Of a stretch of DNA of 64,000 nt, positions 58,091 through 64,000 are shown piece by piece; positions within the stretch are counted from its first letter, which is position 1, and every line of letters starts with the position of its first letter. The notes below the pieces were generated by a model, which was given only the letters and a program-made list of their open reading frames with translations, was not told where the DNA came from and ran no database searches. The stretch spans positions 96,001-160,000 of the forward strand of contig JALNJZ010000001.1 in NCBI GenBank assembly GCA_023261845.1. The letters run 5' to 3'. Source of the DNA: Candidatus Terraquivivens tengchongensis. GTDB taxonomy: Archaea; Thermoproteota; Nitrososphaeria_A; Caldarchaeales; Wolframiiraptoraceae. Position numbers and translations under genes: made by a program.

Positions 58091-58744
58091 TTGTCCGTAA
58101 GCTTCGGTGGGAAGTACCTACCGACGAAGTTAGAGCTGATAAGGATACGCCGCTCCTTACAAGTTGCCCAGAACGTTTACAGAATACTGGAAGACAAAAG
58201 AGACATACTTGTAAGGAGACTGAACGAGCTCATAGAGGAGGCTGAAGAGGCGAGGCGGAAACTCATGGAGCCACTTATGAAAGCGTACGACGCGCTACAT
58301 GAAAGCTTGCTTAATATGGGACCTTTAAGATTACAGAGCATTGCTACCAATATTCCCGAGGCCGTTTCCGTTAAAGCGAAATCTAGGACAATCATGGGAA
58401 TAAACATACCCATAGTGGAGGTGGATAGTGGAAAAATAGGGCTTACCTACGGCTTCGCCGACACATCCGTCTCACTTGACGAGGCGGCCAGCATGTTCAG
58501 AGAACTAGTTGATACTGTCTGTAAGGCAGCAGAGCTTGAAAATGCCATATTCAGACTTGCCGAGGAATTGAAGAAGACCCAGCGCCTCCTCAATGCCCTC
58601 GAACATGTTGTTATACCTAGATATAAGGACGCGATAAAGTTCATATCTATGACGCTTGAGGAAAGAGAAAGAGACGATTTCGTTAAGCTGAAGCACATTA
58701 AGAGGAGGCTTGAGTTAAGGGAGGCGGGCTTGCATGCGGGTTAA
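58091..58744 (+). CDS. atpD: A/V-type ATP synthase subunit D
   Basis: PTKLELI...LEDKRD, KTQRLLNALEHVVIP...LEERER. Confidence 0.95.
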   Translation: MSVSFGGKYLPTKLELIRIRRSLQVAQNVYRILEDKRDILVRRLNELIEEAEEARRKLMEPLMKAYDALHESLLNMGPLRLQSIATNIPEAVSVKAKSRTIMGINIPIVEVDSGKIGLTYGFADTSVSLDEAASMFRELVDTVCKAAELENAIFRLAEELKKTQRLLNALEHVVIPRYKDAIKFISMTLEERERDDFVKLKHIKRRLELREAGLHAG

Positions 58745-58871
58745 GGAGGTTGAAGAGGCTTTCGATAGAGCCAAAAAGGCTGTGAAGGACAAAAAAGAGG
58801 CATATATGAAGAGCGTAGAATCTAAGATTGAGGAGCTCTTGAGAAAGACCTATGAAGTTTTGAGTAAATAA
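58734..58871 (+). CDS. 45-aa charged coiled-coil protein, possible ATP synthase stalk subunit (G/H-like)
   Basis: GGGAGG SD, ATG overlapping the atpD end; MRVKEVEEAFDRAKKAVKDKKEAYMKSVESKIEELLRKTYEVLSK. Confidence 0.65.
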   Translation: MRVKEVEEAFDRAKKAVKDKKEAYMKSVESKIEELLRKTYEVLSK

Positions 58872-58898
58872 AAACAATATAATTAGGAAGGAAGTTAC

Positions 58899-59114
58899 GT
58901 GAAAGCCCCAGATAAAAACAAAAAGAAATTTCTTGAAACGTTAAAGGAAGGATTAAAAGAAGAGCTCAACGCGCGAAGGAGAATCCATCATGACGTTCTA
59001 TCATATGAGAGGGATGGGGTTAAGAGAATGTTTTTGCAAAATATGGAGAGGTTTAAAAAGTGTAAGCCGTCTTATATACTAAGAGTCTTAAGAAGGCTCT
59101 CTTGGGTGTCTTGA
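58899..59114 (+). CDS. Small basic hypothetical protein
   Basis: 71-aa ORF with upstream GGAAGG; TGATG overlap with the next ORF. Confidence 0.4.
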   Translation: MKAPDKNKKKFLETLKEGLKEELNARRRIHHDVLSYERDGVKRMFLQNMERFKKCKPSYILRVLRRLSWVS

Positions 59115-59314
59115 TGAAGTTTAAGGAACTGCTGCTAAGGTCAACACTCCTAGCCGTAATGTTTACAGGACCTCCAATAATTTTGCTAGTAATCCTAAGG
59201 GTATTTGATTTGCTCAATGTATTCTCGATTCTAGGTTGGGGCATATTCGCGTTGTGCTGGACAGTGTTTGTGGTAGTATTTATTGAGAGGCATAAAGGAC
59301 TCGTTTTTCGGTAA
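59114..59314 (+). CDS. Small two-TM hypothetical membrane protein
   Basis: Two hydrophobic segments; ATG at 59114. Confidence 0.5.
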   Translation: MKFKELLLRSTLLAVMFTGPPIILLVILRVFDLLNVFSILGWGIFALCWTVFVVVFIERHKGLVFR

Positions 59315-59333
59315 GCCTTATAAGATGCTAAGC

Positions 59334-59684
59334 ATGAAAGCCTCACGCGAAAGAGGTGCTTTCGGAGTGTTAAAGTCAAGTGTTATCGGTCAGCTAGCGT
59401 TTGTGTCCTTGCTTGCACTTTCTTTGTTGGTATCGTTTATGACGCCCGTGTCCGCTGCTCCAGAAGAAGTACCAGAGCTCTTCCCAAAGACACTTTCTGC
59501 TGCCATAGCATTTAGCGTTGCTGTCATATCGGCTGGTTTCGGCATTGCGAGGGCCGGCTCGGCTGGGTTGGCGGCTGCCGCCGAGAGGCCTGAGATAAGG
59601 ACCGCCGCTGTAATAGTAGCGGCGTTCGCCGAGGCTTTGGCTATCTACGGCATAGTCATTGCGTTCTTCATACTCGGTGCGTAG
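59334..59684 (+). CDS. atpK: A/V-type ATP synthase proteolipid subunit K/c
   Basis: AERPE loop, AFAEALAIYG with the ion-binding Glu; N-terminal leader. Confidence 0.93.
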   Translation: MKASRERGAFGVLKSSVIGQLAFVSLLALSLLVSFMTPVSAAPEEVPELFPKTLSAAIAFSVAVISAGFGIARAGSAGLAAAAERPEIRTAAVIVAAFAEALAIYGIVIAFFILGA

Positions 59685-59720
59685 AACCTATCAAAACCAA
59701 TTTTTGACGGGGCGTCAAAC

Positions 59721-59782
59721 GGTGGCTCCGACAAATGCCTCCTCGTCACTAATCCGTGTAACTCTGGCTCTTCATCGCCACC
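59721..59782 (-). ncRNA. C/D box guide sRNA with two guides, likely targeting 23S rRNA
   Basis: GGTGGC/GCCACC terminal stem; C GCGATGA, D' CGGA, C' GTGACGA, D CGGA; guides complementary to GUAACUCUG and CAAAUGCCU. Confidence 0.82.
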
Positions 59783-59872
59783 ATTAGCACATTATGGCAA
59801 CAGCCCTTATTTAATTTTCGTTATTTTATTGTTGTTTAAAATATATAAGTCCGAACTCTAACGACATGCAGA

Positions 59873-60514
59873 ATGTACTACGCCCGAGAAAGACCTAGAA
59901 TGGTTTATGTCCTTATACTGATTAACCTAGCCGTTTTTGTTTACACGCTTACGCTATCAAATAGAGACGTTGTGAGGCTCGCATACATCTTCGGCGTAGT
60001 CCCAGCATTAATCATGAACGGCACATCTCTTCATAGTCTCGTGACATCCATGTTTTTACATGCAGATTTTTTTCATATCTTCTTCAACATGTATGCGCTC
60101 TTTCTCCTTGGTAAGGACTGTGAGATCGCCTATGGTTCCAGAAAGTTCACACTTCTGTACTTTCTATCCGGTATACTCGCAGGCATACTCCACTCCGCTT
60201 ACATATACATACTATTTCCTGAGGAGGCGTATAGACCCGCAATAGGTGCTTCTGGTGCGATATTTGGTGTGATGGCAAGCTATGCCGTCTTATTTCCATT
60301 CAGAAGACTCTTTGTGTTCTTTGGTTTAATTCCCGTCGCAGCGCCTGCAATTGTTGTGATATTCGGGCTGGCACTGATACAATTACTTTATGCAATAGCA
60401 ATGCCTCTTGGCTCGATTGCCTACGTCGCACATATAGGTGGCTTCATCACAGGCCTGATCCTCACGTTGATCTATAGGGCTGGGCTTAGGAAGTATTACT
60501 ATTATAGTTTTTAG
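59873..60514 (+). CDS. Rhomboid intramembrane serine protease
   Basis: TSMFLH...HIFFNM, GASGA, AHIGG. Confidence 0.95.
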   Translation: MYYARERPRMVYVLILINLAVFVYTLTLSNRDVVRLAYIFGVVPALIMNGTSLHSLVTSMFLHADFFHIFFNMYALFLLGKDCEIAYGSRKFTLLYFLSGILAGILHSAYIYILFPEEAYRPAIGASGAIFGVMASYAVLFPFRRLFVFFGLIPVAAPAIVVIFGLALIQLLYAIAMPLGSIAYVAHIGGFITGLILTLIYRAGLRKYYYYSF

Positions 60515-60720
60515 CTACTCATAACCCCTAGAACCACGTCCAGTACATACTTACTTATTTCCGCCCCAAGTTCCTTAAGGAAAGCAGCAAGTGTCACGAC
60601 AACCATTAATGTTAATAAGAATATCAAGAACAGGACCACTATCGCGAAAATCTCCCTAAAACCGGCCGAGGGTATTGAGATTCTTAGCGACATCGTGCTC
60701 CCATACACTTCAGCATGCAA
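60511..60720 (-). CDS. Small membrane protein
   Basis: One long hydrophobic helix; fills the gap between genes. Confidence 0.5.
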   Translation of the reverse strand: MHAEVYGSTMSLRISIPSAGFREIFAIVVLFLIFLLTLMVVVTLAAFLKELGAEISKYVLDVVLGVMSS

Positions 60721-60783
60721 AAATATAACTATTTTTTGGAACCATAAATAATTTTTAATATTCAGAGGCTTCTGAATAAACCA

Positions 60784-61410
60784 GTGGTGACGTTGTCAAA
60801 GGCTTTCATTAAGGCTCAAGAATACATTAGAGAGCAATTGCGGAAGGGTGTTCCAAGAGTAACGATTCAGGAAAGGATGCCTGAGTTCGAAGCAGATAGT
60901 TTTGTCGTTAACAGAGCATACTTCATCGGTAAGCCGATAATCGGTATGGCAAGAAATATGAACATCAAGTTTGATAAAAACTTCATAGCGCTTGTAAGAA
61001 AGTTCGCGAAGTTCAGAAACCTCGATGTTGAGGTTATAGGAGGAGGAATTTTCTTAAAGAGGGGTAAGGAAGTAGTTGCGTGGTTAAGGGAAGACTTCTT
61101 CGGCGCTGACGAACCGACCCTATTTGAGGAATTAGGTAGGGAAGTTTATGGGTTGGGTTCCAACCATGACAGGAAACTCAAAAGCAGTTTGAGGGAGTCA
61201 TTTCTAGAGTTGCTCGCGGATTCAAGATCGGGTGTGAGGTTCATAGCATTCATGTTCGTCCTTTCACTAATCGCCGCAGCACTCGCCGCACCTTTTGCAA
61301 CACTACCTTCCTATATGCCCAGATGGTCTATACTCTTGATAGTACCTATTGTGGTAACCATTCTACTATATCTCGTCAAAATCTACGCAAAATTAAAGCG
61401 CATATTATAG
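60784..61410 (+). CDS. Hypothetical protein with two C-terminal TM helices
   Basis: 208-aa ORF, typical codon usage, TATA-like TTTTTAATA upstream. Confidence 0.7.
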   Translation: MVTLSKAFIKAQEYIREQLRKGVPRVTIQERMPEFEADSFVVNRAYFIGKPIIGMARNMNIKFDKNFIALVRKFAKFRNLDVEVIGGGIFLKRGKEVVAWLREDFFGADEPTLFEELGREVYGLGSNHDRKLKSSLRESFLELLADSRSGVRFIAFMFVLSLIAAALAAPFATLPSYMPRWSILLIVPIVVTILLYLVKIYAKLKRIL

Positions 61411-61554
61411 CAAAGCTTTGACGAGGATTTAAATATGGGGTTGTATGCTCGACGTTGCAGGGGTGCCAGTTTCTTGCTTTATAACAATTATCCGCTTAAA
61501 TTTTCTCATCGCAAGGCCGGTACTTTCTGTTACAGCCTAGGCAACTCCAAGACA

Positions 61555-62127
61555 GTGATAGAATCCGTCGAAGAAGAAGTCGTACCGAGTAGTGACGTTG
61601 AAGAGGTGTTGAGGAAGTACAAACACGGACATGTTTACAAAGAGGGAGGAGGGGGGCTGAAGTACGTCATATATAAGCTGAAGAATTTATCGCTTATCAA
61701 GTATATAATAAACTGGGGAAGGCTCTGCTCGATGTGGCCAGTTCATCTTACGACGGCGTGCTGCTCCGTCGAGTTTGCAGCTCTGAGTGGGCCAAGGTAC
61801 GATCCTGAAAGGTTCGGCTGGCTCACTGCAGTCGGCTCTTTGAGGCAGTCAGACATCCTTCTAATCGAGGGGACCGTTACGGCGAAGATGGCCCAAAGAG
61901 TCAGGCTGATCTACGACCAGATGCCGGAGCCTAAGTGGGTCATAGCTATGGGAGCTTGTGCCATAAGCGGTGGGCTTTACGCAAAAGACTCTTACAACGT
62001 GATTCAGGGTATAGATGATATAATACCCGTTGACGTCTATATACCAGGATGCCCACCGAGGCCTGAAACACTTTTTCAAGGCATACTACTACTCAGAGAC
62101 AAGATAATGAACGAGGTGATCAAGTGA
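61555..62127 (+). CDS. nuoB: Complex I-like subunit B
   Basis: TACCSVE, RQSD, MGACAISGG, VDVYIPGCPPRPE; probable GTG start. Confidence 0.95.
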   Translation: MIESVEEEVVPSSDVEEVLRKYKHGHVYKEGGGGLKYVIYKLKNLSLIKYIINWGRLCSMWPVHLTTACCSVEFAALSGPRYDPERFGWLTAVGSLRQSDILLIEGTVTAKMAQRVRLIYDQMPEPKWVIAMGACAISGGLYAKDSYNVIQGIDDIIPVDVYIPGCPPRPETLFQGILLLRDKIMNEVIK

Positions 62128-62633
62128 GCTTGTCGGACGTAGGAGAAATCTTAGCTAGGTTAATCGAGGATTTGAAGAAAAAGTTTGGTGATAAGATTCT
62201 CGAAGTAAATGTAGAACCTAAAAAGATAACGAAAGTTCTCGTCGCACCAGAATGCATCAAAGAGGTTGCTGAATACTTGAAGTCAGAATGGGCATTAGAT
62301 TACATAAAGGGCGTAACGGGCATAGATTTGTCGAGGTTGCCTAACATGGCACAGGAAGTGTTGGAGGTTATTTATCATGTAGGTAGCCTATCATCGGAGG
62401 CGCTTAAAGCTGTGACGCTCTCCTTATCAACAAAGATCAGCATCTCAGATCCGGTCATGCCATCCTTGACCAGCGTTTGGAAGGGTGCAGAGATGTATGA
62501 GCGTGAAGTGTACGAGATGCTAGGTGTTAACTTCAAAGGACACCCAGACCTAAGGAGGCTACTACTACCTGAATTTTGGTCGGACAAGCCTCCGCTGAGG
62601 AAAGATTATGTTGCTCCAGGAAGGGAGCGCTAA
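62124..62633 (+). CDS. nuoC: Complex I-like subunit C
   Basis: YEREVYEMLGV.F.GHPDLRRLLLP...PLRKDY. Confidence 0.95.
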   Translation: MSLSDVGEILARLIEDLKKKFGDKILEVNVEPKKITKVLVAPECIKEVAEYLKSEWALDYIKGVTGIDLSRLPNMAQEVLEVIYHVGSLSSEALKAVTLSLSTKISISDPVMPSLTSVWKGAEMYEREVYEMLGVNFKGHPDLRRLLLPEFWSDKPPLRKDYVAPGRER

Positions 62634-62634
62634 A

Positions 62635-63852
62635 ATGGCTAAAGAAGAATTTAAGTCGTTAGAGGTTTACGAGACCGGACCAACACTCACATTCAGCATG
62701 GGGCCGCAACATCCTGGGACTGGCCACTTTAGAATGGTAATCACGGTTGTCGGTGACATGGTTGTTAGATGTGACCCTGACCCTGGATTCGTTCATAGAG
62801 GCGAAGAGAAAATGTGCGAGTACAAGACGTGGATAACGAACATACCCCATCTCGAGAGGCCGGCGATACTTGATTCCGCCGGCATGACTTATCCATATGT
62901 TCTAGCTGTGGAGAAGCTCATGGACATTGAACCTCCAGAGAGGGCTAAATATCTGAGGGTCATAATGGCCGAGCTTCAAAGAATATGCAGCCATCTATAT
63001 TGGCTGGGCTTGATGGGCGTTTTCGCAGGTCATGCGACAATGTACATGTGGTGTTTCGGTGACCGGGAGTATCTTGTGGATTTGACGCAGTTAATAGGCG
63101 GTCAGAGGATAACGCATTCATATTTCGTTCCCGGTGGTGTCAGGAACGATGCACCACCTAAAGTTCCAAGGGAACTTGTGAAGGACTTCAGTAGGTACTA
63201 CCGTATGATCTTAGGAAAGGATTATCCTGGCGGTGAGATGCCCGAAGACTTTCGAAAGTATGTTCTTGCTGTATGCGACTTCTTTGATGCAAGACTCGAC
63301 GAATACTACCCGATGCTTCTTGACAGCCCGATATTCATCTACAGGACAAAAGGGATCGGCATCCTTAAAAGGGAAGATGCCATATCTTTGGGCGTGGTCG
63401 GCCCTGTCCTGAGAGGTTCGGGTGTGAAATCCGATACGAGAATAGATGAACCGTATGATGCGTATCCGTATATCAAGTTCAACGTTCCGACCATGGATGG
63501 TTGTGATAGTTACTCAAGAATGATGGTGGGCTACTATGAGATGAAGGAGAGTGTTAAGATAATTAGGCAGGCTGTCGAGCAGATGCCTGAGGGGCCTGTT
63601 AAGCTCAAGCAACATCCTGTCACGATAAAGGTTCCTGCTGGTGAGGTCTTTGCGAGCGCCGAGGCCGCTAGAGGGCAGTGCTCCTTTTACATTAGAAGCG
63701 ACGGTACAGATAAACCCTATAGGGTGAAGATCTGTTCACCATCATTTAGGAACCTTATAGCGATGCCCTACCTTATCAGGGATGTTAGGATTGCCGACAT
63801 ACCAATAATATACTGGTCGCTAAATTATTGGCCGGTAGAGTGCGATAGGTGA
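62635..63852 (+). CDS. nuoD: Complex I-like subunit D
   Basis: GPQHP, HRGEEK, GPVLRGSG, PYRVK...PSF; lacks the Ni-binding CxxC pairs. Confidence 0.95.
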   Translation: MAKEEFKSLEVYETGPTLTFSMGPQHPGTGHFRMVITVVGDMVVRCDPDPGFVHRGEEKMCEYKTWITNIPHLERPAILDSAGMTYPYVLAVEKLMDIEPPERAKYLRVIMAELQRICSHLYWLGLMGVFAGHATMYMWCFGDREYLVDLTQLIGGQRITHSYFVPGGVRNDAPPKVPRELVKDFSRYYRMILGKDYPGGEMPEDFRKYVLAVCDFFDARLDEYYPMLLDSPIFIYRTKGIGILKREDAISLGVVGPVLRGSGVKSDTRIDEPYDAYPYIKFNVPTMDGCDSYSRMMVGYYEMKESVKIIRQAVEQMPEGPVKLKQHPVTIKVPAGEVFASAEAARGQCSFYIRSDGTDKPYRVKICSPSFRNLIAMPYLIRDVRIADIPIIYWSLNYWPVECDR

Positions 63853-63858
63853 GCAAGT

Positions 63859-64000
63859 ATGAGCATACTACGGGATGCTAAGAGAACGTTAATGCCAATA
63901 TACGCTGGACTGAAACACGTGTTTCTGAAGCCTTACACGATAAAGTGGCCGTATGAAAATATCCCGAACTTACCAGACGAGGGATATAGGTTTGACCCTA
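63859..64000 (+). CDS. nuoI: Complex I-like subunit I, 5' part
   Basis: MSILRDAKRTLMPIYAGLKHVFLKPYTIKWPYE matches the NuoI N-terminal T..YP.E-type motif; truncated by the window edge. Confidence 0.75.
   Translation, partial: MSILRDAKRTLMPIYAGLKHVFLKPYTIKWPYENIPNLPDEGYRFDP

Noticed and set aside
62635-63852. Group 4 [NiFe]-hydrogenase large subunit
   Set aside because: Both Ni-binding CxxC motifs are absent; it is NuoD-like.
1-64000. CRISPR array, cas genes, transposases, integrases, att duplications of tRNA 3' ends
   Set aside because: No regularly spaced repeats or recognisable motifs seen by eye. The two tRNA-Val genes share ends only as isoacceptors.

Overview
Gene-dense archaeal chromosomal segment of moderate GC, with no CRISPR array, transposase, integrase or rRNA seen. 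rpl13e, rps25e, rps24e, rps27ae, tfe, radA and a NuoD of the GPQHPxxGH...YWPVExDR type point to a TACK archaeon, most plausibly a thermophilic Nitrososphaeria/Aigarchaeota-type lineage (inference). Housekeeping content includes KEOPS kae1-bud32-rdgB, infB, ribosomal proteins, two divergent 2-oxoacid:ferredoxin oxidoreductase operons, sufCB, guaA, parts of the A/V-ATPase and a complex I-like nuoBCDI block. There are four tRNAs, two with non-canonical BHB introns: Val-GAC at 36/37 and Phe-GAA at 59/60. A surface-glycoprotein locus holds a ~2260-aa membrane-anchored protein, a PPC-like protein and a flippase. Signals not in the ORF track: a double-guide C/D box sRNA apparently targeting 23S H69/H71; two AT-rich glycosyltransferase genes each broken by a single-base frameshift at or near short homopolymers; a CTG-initiated rps27ae; a 45-aa ATPase-linked ORF; and long operator palindromes centred on TATA boxes. 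Other notable genes are a SufR-like regulator near sufCB, a TrxR lacking NADPH-binding motifs, a Cys-bearing wHTH protein between the two OFOR operons, an EMC6-like membrane protein and a two-domain AEP primase-like protein. All family assignments come from motif recognition, not database searches.
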